A stretch of DNA of 40,027 nt from a virus. Where the stretch lies: the IMG/VR virus record IMGVR_UViG_3300045988_104662. One strand, given 5' to 3'. Position numbers and translations under genes: made by a program. The notes under the pieces are model-generated. The model saw nothing but the letters and a program-made list of their open reading frames with translations. It had not been told where the DNA came from and ran no database searches. Positions 16,559 through 27,000 of the stretch are shown here, piece after piece; the first letter of the stretch is position 1, and each line of letters begins with the position of its first letter.

Positions 16559-18079
16559 ATGATTCGCACCGCCGCGGACGTGAACCGTATGGCGAACCTG
16601 CTCGCCATGAAGATAGAGCAGCGACGCTCGGACATTAGGAAGCACACGGACTACGTGCGCGGCAAGCGTGGCACCCTGAAATTCGCGTCCGACGAATTCA
16701 AACGCTACATGTCGGATCGTTTCAGCGGATTCGCCGATAACTGGTGCCTGCCTGTGGCGCAGGCGCCCGTGGAACGCATCCACTTCCGAGGCTTCATCCC
16801 ATACGGCGACGTCGAACTCGACTCGCACGTGATGCGCGTGTGGGAGCGCAACGACTGCGACCGCAAACTGCAGGAGACCGCCCTGATGATGACCGCCACA
16901 GGCAGAGCCTTCGGCCTGGTCACCTCGATGCCGGACGGCAGGGCGCGCATAAGTTTCGAACACCCCGACTCGGCGGCTGTCCACTACGATCCGCTCACCG
17001 GCGAGGTCGACGCCGGCCTCCTGGTCAGATACGACGAGGAGCACGAATTCGGCACGCTGCTGCTGCCCGACGTGGTCTTCGACGTGGTGCGCGTCCGCGC
17101 GGGCGGAGACGACGAACGAGACCGTCTGCCGCCGGGCGTCGAGGGATGGATGTTCCTGCCGGACTCCGCCCGCCCGAACCCGCTCGGCCGCGTCCCACTG
17201 GTCGAATTCCGCAACCAGATGCTCCTGGACAACCTTCCCATCAGCGACGTCGAGCAGGTCGAATCCATGCAGGACGCCGTCAACGTCTGCTGGGCATACA
17301 CCTTGAACGCATTGGACTTCGCGTCCATGCCCGCGAGGGTCATCCTCGGCGGCGACAGCCTGTCCGAACCGGTGTTCGACAAGGCCACCGGAGAGCAGGT
17401 GGGCGAACGTCCCGTGAACCTCGACAAGCAGGTCATGGAGCGCATCATGCAGATCACCGGCGACAACGTGTCGATCGGCGAATGGACGGCAAGCAACCTG
17501 CAGGCCTTCCTTCCGATCATCCAGAAGGCGGTCGAGCACATCGCCGCCGAGACGCGCACGCCAGGCCATTATCTTTTGACGAACGCGGAGGTGCCCGCCA
17601 CCGGCTACGAGGTCGCCGAAGCCGGATTGGTCAGCAAGACGTTGGAGCGCATCAGCTTCATGCGCCAGCCGGTGCGTGAGCTGTGCGAGATGGCCATGAC
17701 GCTCGAGGACGACGAGCAGTCAGCGCGCATCCTCGAGGACTCCAAGGTCGTGTTCGCCACGCCGCAGTACCGCAGCGAGGCCCTCATGGCCGACGCGATG
17801 CTCAAATACAAGCGGCTCGGCTACCCGCTGCAGTGGATCGCCGAACAGATGGGCCAGAGCCCCGAGGACATCAAGCGCATCATGCGCATGATCGACGAGG
17901 AGAACAGCGACCCGGAGATGGCCGAGATAGCGCGAACCCTGCAGGTCGGAGGTGCATCTGATGACGGTGACGATGGACAGCCTGTCGGACAACCGGCACA
18001 CCCTGGCCAGACTATGCCTGCTGGCCGTGAAGGCGGCGGACAAAACATGGAAGGGCGTGGATCCGCGACGGGTGCGTGA
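16559..18079 (+). CDS. Portal protein
   Basis: 506 aa, in the position after terL. It has an acidic/Gly-rich C-terminal tail and a size typical of SPP1-type portals. Confidence 0.8.
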   Translation: MIRTAADVNRMANLLAMKIEQRRSDIRKHTDYVRGKRGTLKFASDEFKRYMSDRFSGFADNWCLPVAQAPVERIHFRGFIPYGDVELDSHVMRVWERNDCDRKLQETALMMTATGRAFGLVTSMPDGRARISFEHPDSAAVHYDPLTGEVDAGLLVRYDEEHEFGTLLLPDVVFDVVRVRAGGDDERDRLPPGVEGWMFLPDSARPNPLGRVPLVEFRNQMLLDNLPISDVEQVESMQDAVNVCWAYTLNALDFASMPARVILGGDSLSEPVFDKATGEQVGERPVNLDKQVMERIMQITGDNVSIGEWTASNLQAFLPIIQKAVEHIAAETRTPGHYLLTNAEVPATGYEVAEAGLVSKTLERISFMRQPVRELCEMAMTLEDDEQSARILEDSKVVFATPQYRSEALMADAMLKYKRLGYPLQWIAEQMGQSPEDIKRIMRMIDEENSDPEMAEIARTLQVGGASDDGDDGQPVGQPAHPGQTMPAGREGGGQNMEGRGSATGA

Positions 18080-19178
18080 CAGCTGGAATCGGACGAACGC
18101 CGACTTCCTGACGCTCTTCGCCACCCTGCAGACGCGCGCCGCCGCCGACGCGATGGACTCATCCACGCTGATGCTCGCCGAACAGAGCGATTACATCCAG
18201 CCAGACGGCGGCATCGCGAATCCTCTCGCATTCGGAACCGGCTTCGCGCCGAGCGGCATCGACCTCGAATCGTATTTCGGCATCCCGGTCACGCACACCC
18301 TGTCGGCCATCAAGTCCGGCATGGACGAATCGGATGCCATGCAGGCTGGACGCGCGACGCTCCGCCAGATGGCCATGCAGGCCATCGAGGACACGTCAAT
18401 CAGCGCGATGGGCGTCAGCATCACACAAAGGGCAGGCGTCGGCTACGTGCGCGTCGAATCACCCGACTGCTGCCCACGATGCGCCATCCTCGCCGGAAAA
18501 TACTTCCGGCACAACAACGACTTCCTCCGACACCCGAAATGCCACGGCCGCACCATCCCCTGCAAAGGCAAGGAAAAGGCCGAGAAACAAGGCTGGATCA
18601 CCAGTCCGATGGACCGCTTCAACAATATGAGCGAAGAGGAGCAGGACAAGGTCTTCGGACATGCCGACGCACAGGCAATCAGAGACGGCGCCGACATCTA
18701 CCAGGTCGTCAACGCCCACCGCGGCATGCGGCCAATCGGACACGGCAACGTCCACATGACCACATCCGAAGGCACTGGCCGCTACGGATGGAGCCGCATG
18801 ATTCGCAAATACCAATACGGACAACAGCAACACCGCAGACTCACACCCGAAGGCATCTACAGCTTCAACCTCCCGCGCGAACAGACCATCGAACTCCTGA
18901 AGCGCGAGGGCTACATCCTCCCCGACAACTGGAGAACCCAAGTCCCAGCGCTCCGACGCCAGCAATGGCTCCACAACAACGAATGGCGCCAAGGCAGACA
19001 CGAAGAACAGACCGCCGCCCAGAAACGCCTCCAGAACGCACGACTCCGCTACGAAGCAGCGCTCGCCGGCCGCAACCCGTACCAGCCGGATTCGCCGGTC
19101 ACGCCTGACGTGCTGGCCAGAGCGGAGAACTCGTACCGCAGATGGCTCGCCAGCAACGGCGAGGTCTACACCAAATGA
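17961..19178 (+). CDS. MuF/SPP1 gp7-like minor head (head morphogenesis) protein
   Basis: ATG at 17961 with GGAGG 8 nt upstream. Motif CCPRCAILAGKYF...HPKCHG. It follows the portal gene. Confidence 0.7.
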   Translation: MTVTMDSLSDNRHTLARLCLLAVKAADKTWKGVDPRRVRDSWNRTNADFLTLFATLQTRAAADAMDSSTLMLAEQSDYIQPDGGIANPLAFGTGFAPSGIDLESYFGIPVTHTLSAIKSGMDESDAMQAGRATLRQMAMQAIEDTSISAMGVSITQRAGVGYVRVESPDCCPRCAILAGKYFRHNNDFLRHPKCHGRTIPCKGKEKAEKQGWITSPMDRFNNMSEEEQDKVFGHADAQAIRDGADIYQVVNAHRGMRPIGHGNVHMTTSEGTGRYGWSRMIRKYQYGQQQHRRLTPEGIYSFNLPREQTIELLKREGYILPDNWRTQVPALRRQQWLHNNEWRQGRHEEQTAAQKRLQNARLRYEAALAGRNPYQPDSPVTPDVLARAENSYRRWLASNGEVYTK

Positions 19179-19189
19179 AAGGAAACACC

Positions 19190-19780
19190 ATGTCCGAAGG
19201 ACAACAGCAGGATCCGAACACCAACGATCCGGGCGCGCAGGAGCCGCCCGTCGACTGGCATGACAAGTTCCTCGGCCAGAAGAAGGTCAATGGCGATCTC
19301 GAGGCGAAACTCAAGGCCGCCTACGAGAAGGCCGACCGTGTGGACGACTTGGAGAAGCAGGTCGCCGACTGGGAGAAGCGCGGCAAGGAATTTGACTCCG
19401 CGCAGGCCACCATCGCCGGACTGCAGAAGCAGGTGCTCCAGGCGAACGTCACCGCCGCAGCCACTGGCAAGCTCATCAATCCGGGTGACGCATTGAAGCT
19501 TATAGATTTCTCCGATCTGACCGCTGACGATCAGGGAGGATACGACCAGAACGCGATTTCCAAGAAAATCGACGCTCTGGTCGCAGCACATCCGTATCTC
19601 GCGCAAGGCGGGAACAAGGCTGGCCTGGCGGGAATCATCCCACCGTCGGGCGCCCGTGATGGCGATCATCAGGCGGGACAGCTTACCAGGGACGATCTGA
19701 AGAACATGACCACGAAACAGATCGACGAGGCGCGCCGCAAGGGCCGCCTGGATGATCTGCTCGCAGGCCGCAGCAAGTAA
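19190..19780 (+). CDS. Capsid scaffolding protein
   Basis: 196 aa. Helical, Lys/Glu/Asp-rich, directly upstream of the major capsid gene. Confidence 0.65.
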   Translation: MSEGQQQDPNTNDPGAQEPPVDWHDKFLGQKKVNGDLEAKLKAAYEKADRVDDLEKQVADWEKRGKEFDSAQATIAGLQKQVLQANVTAAATGKLINPGDALKLIDFSDLTADDQGGYDQNAISKKIDALVAAHPYLAQGGNKAGLAGIIPPSGARDGDHQAGQLTRDDLKNMTTKQIDEARRKGRLDDLLAGRSK

Positions 19781-19794
19781 GGAGGCCACCAGCA

Positions 19795-20739
19795 ATGGCA
19801 ATCACCAATTTCATTCCCGAGGTATGGTCCGCCGCCATCCTCGAAGCCCTGCGCGCGAAGCTCGTCTTTCCGAGCCTGTGCAACCGCGATTATGAGGGCG
19901 ACATCCGTGAGGCCGGCGATACCGTCCACATTACCGGATACGACGATGTGACTGTGCGCAAGTACGTCCGCGGCCAGGCGATCACCGTCGACGATGCCAA
20001 TGACAAGGAAGCAGCCGTCCTTGAAATCGATCAGTCCGACTATTTCGCCTTCAAGGTCAACGATCTCGACAAGGCTCAGGCCAAGGCGGACATGACCGGA
20101 AAGTTCACCAATTCCGCCGCCTACAACATGATGAAGAACGTGGAGAACTACATCTCCAATCTCATGGACACGGCCGTCAGCACGCCAGCCAAGACCGTGG
20201 CCGTCGGCACCCCCGCCGACGCGTATCTCGCCGTCGTGGAAGCCGGACGGAAACTGGATGTTCAAAACGTGCCCGACGAGGGCCGCTGGCTCGTCGTCAG
20301 CCCCGACTTCTACGCGCTCCTGCTGCAGGACTCCCGCTTCATCGAAGGCACCGAAGCAGGTCATAATACGCTGCTCAACGGCGTGGTCGGCCAGGTGCGC
20401 GGCTTCACCGTCGTTAAGTCCAACAACGTGCCGCACAAGTCCGCCAGCCCGGACACGCAGTCCATTCTCGCCGGCACTAACGCCGCCGTGACCTTCGCAC
20501 AGCAGGTCAGCAACGTCGAGGCCATGCGCATGCAGACCGACTTCGCCGACATGGTGCGCGGCCTCGATCTGTACGGTGCCAAGGTCATCCGCCCCGAGTG
20601 CCTGACCAAGATCACCCTGAACCTCTCCACCACCACCGGTCGTTCCCTGCAGGATGCGCAGGCCCCCGTCGTGAGCGATACCACCGCAGACGGCGACGGT
20701 GAAGAGGATGCTGCTGCAGGCAAGAAGAGCGGCAAGTAG
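19795..20739 (+). CDS. Major capsid protein
   Basis: 314 aa with an AAGGAGG RBS. N-terminus MAITNFIPEVWSAAILEAL, as in E-like capsid proteins. Confidence 0.85.
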   Translation: MAITNFIPEVWSAAILEALRAKLVFPSLCNRDYEGDIREAGDTVHITGYDDVTVRKYVRGQAITVDDANDKEAAVLEIDQSDYFAFKVNDLDKAQAKADMTGKFTNSAAYNMMKNVENYISNLMDTAVSTPAKTVAVGTPADAYLAVVEAGRKLDVQNVPDEGRWLVVSPDFYALLLQDSRFIEGTEAGHNTLLNGVVGQVRGFTVVKSNNVPHKSASPDTQSILAGTNAAVTFAQQVSNVEAMRMQTDFADMVRGLDLYGAKVIRPECLTKITLNLSTTTGRSLQDAQAPVVSDTTADGDGEEDAAAGKKSGK

Positions 20740-20764
20740 TCGAGTCCGATGATCGGAGGCTGAA

Positions 20765-21349
20765 ATGACCGCACTGGCCACCTTGGACGACCTGAAAAGC
20801 AACGGAATCGAAGTAACCGACGAGCAGAAGGCAACCAGTCTGCTCGATTCGGTCTCCGACGCCGTCCGCTCGGCCGCCGGCTGTCCGATCACGCTCGGCG
20901 AATGGACCGTCGACATCCCCGGCGAACAGTCCAGGAAACTCGACCTGCCATGCAAGGCCGTCAGAAGCGTTTCCAGGGTGCTCATCGACGGCAAGACCGT
21001 CTACGACTGGCGACTCCTCGGATCCTCGCTCTACCGCGAAGAGCCATGGAGTCCCTTCGGGCGCATCCCGTCGGTCGTGACCGTCACCTTCACGGGCGGC
21101 TGGAATCCGATACCCGCCGACGTCGTCAGACTCGTCTGCTCGTACGTCGCGGCCGGACTCCACCAGCTCGAGGACGGTGGCCCCGGCGCACACGTCGGCG
21201 TCAGCTATGAGCGCGTCGACGACGCACAGGTCGGCTACACGCAAGGCGATTCCGCCCAAATCGACGTGACCGAATTGCCGGAAGCGACCAAGCGCAGGCT
21301 GCGCAACCGCTTCGGCGCGAACGTTACGTCGATTGGAGTGTTCCGATGA
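20765..21349 (+). CDS. Head-tail connector/adaptor protein
   Basis: 194 aa. Assigned by position and an N-terminal TLDDLK-type segment. Confidence 0.55.
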   Translation: MTALATLDDLKSNGIEVTDEQKATSLLDSVSDAVRSAAGCPITLGEWTVDIPGEQSRKLDLPCKAVRSVSRVLIDGKTVYDWRLLGSSLYREEPWSPFGRIPSVVTVTFTGGWNPIPADVVRLVCSYVAAGLHQLEDGGPGAHVGVSYERVDDAQVGYTQGDSAQIDVTELPEATKRRLRNRFGANVTSIGVFR

Positions 21350-21759
21350 AAATCAGCGCATCATTCCTCGCCAAGGCCCGCCGCGACGCGGAAAACCTCA
21401 TGACCGACCATTGCACGGTGACCCGACCCGGCGAATCCACTACGGATCCGGACACGGGACTGCCGAACACCGGCACGGAGCAGGTGTACCAGGGCAAGTG
21501 CAAGGTGCAGACCTCTGGTGGTCTCGCCAGCGAGCAGGCCGAGGGGAGTGCTGCCCAGGCCATGGGCGCCGTAAGCCTCGTCTGGTCGCTCTACGTGCAC
21601 TTTCCCTACGACACCAATGGTTTGCGTGCCGGAGACGTCGTGGAGATCACCGAATCCGCGAACCCGCTGCTGACAGGCAGACGGCTCAGGCTCGTCTCCC
21701 CGCAATCCGAGAAGACGCACGCCACCGCCTGCCGCTGGAACGTGAAGGAGGATGCATGA
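21346..21759 (+). CDS. Head closure / head-tail joining protein
   Basis: 137 aa with an ATGA overlap. Assigned by position. Confidence 0.5.
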   Translation: MKISASFLAKARRDAENLMTDHCTVTRPGESTTDPDTGLPNTGTEQVYQGKCKVQTSGGLASEQAEGSAAQAMGAVSLVWSLYVHFPYDTNGLRAGDVVEITESANPLLTGRRLRLVSPQSEKTHATACRWNVKEDA

Positions 21760-22139
21760 ACGCCACGAGCCTGTTCGACGCGTCCGAGCTGACCGCCTTC
21801 GCCGACAAGCTGCTCGCCAAAGGCGTCGCCCGCCGCGCGGCGATCACCATGGCTGTGAAGAAAGGCGCGCAGAACGTCAAGAACGACCTGCGCGAAGACC
21901 TCTCCAGCTCCGGCAACAAGGCATTCCGACGCATCCCAATCACCTACACGGTGAAGGAAGCGCCGGGACGCATTTCCGCCGAGATAGGCCCTACCAAGGG
22001 CGGGGCTGGTTCGCTAGCCAATATCGCGTTCTTCGGAACCGCTAAAGGTGGTGGAACACACCGGTTCTACGAGCATGGCGAGGAAGAGCTGCCAAAGCTC
22101 GCGGAATATGTGGCTCGTGCCGCAGTGGAGGGATTCTAG
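21756..22139 (+). CDS. Neck/tail-component (HK97 gp10-like) protein
   Basis: 127 aa with an ATGA overlap. Assigned by position. Confidence 0.5.
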   Translation: MNATSLFDASELTAFADKLLAKGVARRAAITMAVKKGAQNVKNDLREDLSSSGNKAFRRIPITYTVKEAPGRISAEIGPTKGGAGSLANIAFFGTAKGGGTHRFYEHGEEELPKLAEYVARAAVEGF

Positions 22140-22555
22140 TGCAGTCGATAATGACCTTGTCGAACACGATTCTCGACCATGTGCCAAAACCTGCGGATGG
22201 GTGGAAGGTCTTCAAGCAGACCACGCCAAAACCGACGGAGAAGCCACCGTGGGTGATCGAAACGGTCACCACGAACGGGCACATCGTCGGGGAGACGCAA
22301 CACGTGCATTGCGGCATCGGCACTCTGCTGGTGCGCATCGTGAGCACTACCACCGATTCCGTCAACGTGCTGGCCGATGACCTCATGATTCCAGCCTTGG
22401 CTGGAAAACGGTTCGTCGCGCACGGGTTCGACACCGGCTGCCTGACGTTGTTCTCCGATTCCGGCGCATATGCGGCCGGACTCACCGCAGAGGACACAAG
22501 CCTGCTCTATCAGGTGCGCCTATTGACTTTCAAATTCAACTGGTCACGCATGTGA
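22139..22555 (+). CDS. Tail terminator/completion protein
   Basis: 138 aa. Lies immediately before the major tail gene. Confidence 0.45.
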   Translation: MQSIMTLSNTILDHVPKPADGWKVFKQTTPKPTEKPPWVIETVTTNGHIVGETQHVHCGIGTLLVRIVSTTTDSVNVLADDLMIPALAGKRFVAHGFDTGCLTLFSDSGAYAAGLTAEDTSLLYQVRLLTFKFNWSRM

Positions 22556-22578
22556 CCCAATATTTATAAGGAGGAGTC

Positions 22579-23097
22579 ATGGTTTTGACTCTTGGAACTG
22601 AAGTTCCTTCCACACCGGCGGACGGTCTGGTCAACACGATCTGGGTGCCGTCCATCAAAAACATTCAGAAGCCGACCGCTGCAGAGATCGGCGCCGGCAC
22701 CGACCTGAGCAACTACGTCACCCTTGGCGGCTGGTCATGCTCGCCGTCGCAGGATTCCACCTCCGACCAGCGCGAGAACAGCGCGCAGGATTACGAGAAT
22801 CCCGGACGCAAGAAGATCAGCGGCCCGAGCGTCGAGGTCATCGACAACACCAACACTTCGCATTCCACGCAGAACATGGCAATGGAGACGTTGACCGAGG
22901 GTGCGGAAGGCTACTTCGTGCGCCGCTATGGCAAGCAGACGGATTCGACTTTTGTCGCCGGCGACATCGTGAACGTGTACGCGGTCCGCGTCGGCATGAG
23001 CGCCAAGGTGGCGATCGCCGCGAACAGCGTCCTGCGCAGCAAGGTCAATTTCTCCGTCCGGGCTCCAGGCTGGGCGGAGAACGTGAAGGTCGCCTGA
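22579..23097 (+). CDS. Major tail protein
   Basis: 172 aa with a strong AAGGAGGAGTC RBS. It precedes the chaperone/TMP pair. Confidence 0.7.
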   Translation: MVLTLGTEVPSTPADGLVNTIWVPSIKNIQKPTAAEIGAGTDLSNYVTLGGWSCSPSQDSTSDQRENSAQDYENPGRKKISGPSVEVIDNTNTSHSTQNMAMETLTEGAEGYFVRRYGKQTDSTFVAGDIVNVYAVRVGMSAKVAIAANSVLRSKVNFSVRAPGWAENVKVA

Positions 23098-23200
23098 TTC
23101 ATTCTTCCCGCATCGGACTTTCGTTCCTTTCGCCGGCGCGGGACCCTCTTTTTTCTCTTCCCCAGTAAAGGAACATGAATATTAGAGCGAAGGAACAACA

Positions 23201-23710
23201 ATGCTTAAAGTCACCAGGCGCACGCGCGAGGTCGACATCATCCTCAACCAGCAGATCGCCGAGGACATCGCCAGATTGGGTGATACGCTGTCCGAGGAGA
23301 CCACGCGCGAACAGATTACGGAGGCCGGGACGAACCGGCAGGCTAAGGCCACCGCCAAACGCATCGAACAGCTACGCGAACAGGCGGATGCGGAGACATT
23401 GAAGCTCACGTTGCGGGCGTTGCCGGTCAGCAAGTGGGCGCAGGCATTGGCCGCGCACCGCAATGAGAACGGCACGAACGACATGTTCGGCACCGCAGCC
23501 GCGGCATTGCCGCTCATGCTTGATTCCGCGACCATCGGCGGCAAGCCGGTAGCCGACGAAGACAAGACCGAACAGGCGTGGCGCAATCTGTTCGACGAAC
23601 TCACCGATGGCCAGTTCACGCCGATCTGGCAGGCCATCGCCGAACTGAACGGCACCGCAGCGGACCCAAAAGCGGCATTCGACCTCGCCTCGAAGGTTCT
23701 CCGCAACTAG
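23201..23710 (+). CDS. Tail assembly chaperone (G-like)
   Basis: 169 aa. Lies between the major tail and tape measure genes. Confidence 0.7.
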   Translation: MLKVTRRTREVDIILNQQIAEDIARLGDTLSEETTREQITEAGTNRQAKATAKRIEQLREQADAETLKLTLRALPVSKWAQALAAHRNENGTNDMFGTAAAALPLMLDSATIGGKPVADEDKTEQAWRNLFDELTDGQFTPIWQAIAELNGTAADPKAAFDLASKVLRN

Positions 23711-24036
23711 TCGAGGACCTACGGATCTGCCGCCAGCTCGGCATCAGCTACAAGCGGTTCATGGGCTGGCGGCCGAGCAGGGGCGATGAGGTCGAATGGG
23801 ATGAGACGGAGCGTAATTGGATGCGCTCGTTGGCGGAATACGAACGCTCGTTGTGCCCACTATGCGGTTTGCCGCGCTCGATCTGCCAAGACCCGAAGGC
23901 CGAACTTACATTGCATGCCGAAACCAGCGTCTGCTGGGCCACCGCGCACATGCAGCAGGCCATGAAACGGTGGACTGATGCGAATGGCAGGGACAATCCG
24001 GCCGCGAACGCGTTGACCGCGCACCTGACCTGTTGA
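23201..24036 (+). CDS. Tail assembly chaperone, -1 frameshift-extended (GT-like) form
   Basis: The -1 frame is open from 23578 to 24036. After a slip at 23665-71 the product continues PKSGIRPRLEGSPQLVEDLRICRQLGISYKRF... Confidence 0.6.
23665..23671 (+). promoter_or_regulatory. -1 programmed frameshift slippery heptamer C CCA AAA
   Basis: In the G frame the sequence reads gaC CCA AAA gcg, an X XXY YYZ heptamer about 40 nt before the G stop, inside the overlap with the -1 ORF. Confidence 0.6.
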
Positions 24037-27000
24037 CATTTTTGGAGGATGCTTTGGCTGAGAACAAGAACATCGTCATCCGGCTGATGGCCGACACCGC
24101 CTCATATGAGGCGGCGATGACCCGCGCCGGAAGCACCGCGAAAACGGTCGCTTCGGACATGGAGAACACCGGCCGCAAGAGCGCGCTCATCACCAGCGGC
24201 CTCACCGCCGCCGGACTCGCCGCCGCCGCTTTCGGCGTCGCATCCATCAAGATGGCAGCCGACTTCGACCAGCAGATGAGCACTGTGCAGGCCAACACCG
24301 GAGCCACCGGAGCTGAACTCGACCAACTCCGCCAAGCCGCCATCGAAGCAGGCGCAAGCACCGTCTACTCCGCCAGCGAATCAGCCGACGCGATCAACGA
24401 CCTCGGCAAGGCCGGCATGAGCGTCACCGACATACTCTCCGGCGGCCTGACAGGGGCCCTCAACCTCGCCGCCTCGGACGGCATGGCCGTGGGCGACGCC
24501 GCGGAATACATGGCTAACGCATTGTCGATGTTCCACTTGTCCGGCAGCCAGGCTTCGCAGGTCGCCGACACGCTCGCCGCTGGCGCTGGCAAGGCAGTCG
24601 GCAACGTCAGCGACTTCGGAGAAGCGCTCAACAACTGCGGCGCGCAGGCCAACAGCTTCGGCATGAGCATCCAGGAGACCACCGGCGTCCTCAGCCTCTT
24701 CGCCCAGAACGGCACCATCGGCGCCGAAGCCGGCACACAATTGAACAGCATGCTCATGAAGCTCGCCGCGCCATCCAACGACGCGGCAGCCACCATGAAG
24801 GAGCTCGGCATCAGCGCATACGACGCTTCCGGCAACTTCGTCGGCATGGCCAATTTCGCCGGACAGCTGCAAAAAGCCGAGAAAAACCTCACGCAGGAAC
24901 AGCGCAACCAGGCGAATGCGACAATTTTCGGCAGCTACGCCATCAAGGCCGCCAACTACCTCTACGACGCCGGAGAGAAAGGCGTCAGGAACTGGACCAA
25001 GGCGGTATCCGAAAGCGGATACGCAGCCGAACAGGCAGCGGCAAAGAACAACAACCTCAAAGGCGACCTCGAAAACCTCTCCGGCAGCATGGAATCGCTC
25101 ATGATCTCCATCGGCGAAGGCGCGCAAGGGCCACTGCGCAAACTCGTCCAGGGGCTTGACACCCTCGTGGACTCCTTCGCCAGCCTTCCGGCCGGCGCGC
25201 AGCAGACCATCATCGTCATGGCCGCTCTCGGCGGCGTGCTCGGCGGCGTCCACAAGGCCGCAAGCAATCTCAACGGCAGCACCAGCACGATGGCCAACAA
25301 CATTGGTCTGGCCATCGACCCGATCCAGCGTATGAAAAGCGCTCTGGCCTCCGCGCAGACCGCCTTCCAGATGTTCCGTGCGAGCGGCATGAGCGCGCAG
25401 GAGCAGATGGAGGCGTTCGGCACGAGCGCCAGCAGAGCCGAACTGAAAACCGCCGGATTCAAAGCCGTCGGCAGCAGCGTCATGAGTCTGCTCGGCGGAC
25501 CGTGGGGCATCGCCCTCACCGTCGCCGGAGTGGCGCTCACCTCATTTATTGAGCGCCAGCAGAAGGCCAAGGAGGCCACCGAACAGCTCCAGTCCGCGCT
25601 TGAATCAGGCAGTGACGTCCGTAGCACCATCGCCGACTCCTACCAGAAGATGAACTTCGCCGGAGCCGACATGACGCATTGGATGGGCGAGGCAAAGGTC
25701 AGCCTGACCGACATGACCAGCGCAGCCATGGGCAACAAGGACGCGACTGACAAGGTCAACGCCGCGTTGAAGGAATACGGCAAGCAGGGCCATTCGCAGA
25801 TGGCTGTCGCGCAGAAGATGCGCGACAGCATCAAGGACGAAGCCAAGGCATACAGCGAAGCCAAGGAACAGACCAAGCAGAAGGCCGCAGCCACCAAGAA
25901 CGCCGTGGACGCCGACGGCAACGCATCGAAGGCCGCCAAGGACACCGCCAGCGCGAACAAGGACCTCGGAAGCAGCGCCAAGGACGCGGCCGAGGAAATC
26001 GACGGACTTGTCAAATCGCTCTTCGGCTTGGAATCCAACAACCTGACCGCCGACGAGGCCGTGGACCAGCTCAACCAGAAGATCGGCCAACTGTCGGACA
26101 CCTGCAAAGACAATGGTCGAGTGTTCAACGAGAACGGCGACCTGCTCGACCGATTCAGCGAGAAGGGCACAAAGACCAGGCAGGCCTTGGAGGATATCGC
26201 CAGCAGCGCGCAGAACGCTGCGGAGAAGATACTCAAGCAGGGTGAGAACACCAACTTCACCGGAGGCGAGATCGAACGCGCCAACGGCGTCCTGCAGGAT
26301 GCGCGCGAAGCCCTCATAAGGCAGGCCGAAGCTTCGGGCATGGGCGAACAGGCCGCTAACGCTTTGGCGGACCGGTGGGGTCTGAGTTCCGACAGCATCA
26401 AAGCGGCGATCGACAACATCAAGAAGACCGCCGAAGGCAACCAGCCGAAGCTCGACGTGGACGACTCCAAGGCCAAGAAGAAAACCAAGGATTCCGAGAC
26501 CAACCTCGACAAATTCAACAAGAAGGTTGCGAAAGCCAAGCTCGAAGCCGACGACAAGAAGGCCACGGACAGCGCCAAGAAGGCGCGGAAGATGATGGAC
26601 GACTTCGGCAAGAAGCACGTCAAAGGCACCATCGACGCGACCGACAAGGCATCCAAGAAGGCCAAGACCGCATCCGCGAACGTCAACAAGCTCAACGGCA
26701 AGAAGGCCACGGCCAAACTCGACGCGAAAGACAACGCGTCTCCGAAGGTCGACAAGGCCAACTCGAAGAAGCTGACCAACAAGCGCAACACCTTGGACTC
26801 CACGGACAAGGCCACGCCGAAGACGAACGCGGCCAACTCCAAGAGGCTCAAAGACAAGCGCAACACGCTCGATTCGGCCGACAAGGCCGGACCGAAGGTC
26901 GACGCCGTCAACCGCAAGAAGCTGAACGACAAGAAGAGCACCGCCTCGGTCAACGACCAGGCGACTCCGGTGCTCCGGTTCATCAACAACTTCAAGATCG

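Noticed and set aside
15833-17569. Long reverse-strand ORFs (for example 15833..17569, 25605..27695, 19669..20994, 33219..34547, 37653..38984, 272..1330, 3928..5001)
   Set aside because: They are antisense to well-supported structural or enzymatic genes, have Arg/Gly/Ala-rich low-complexity translations, and lack RBSs. These are typical spurious ORFs of ~60+% GC DNA.
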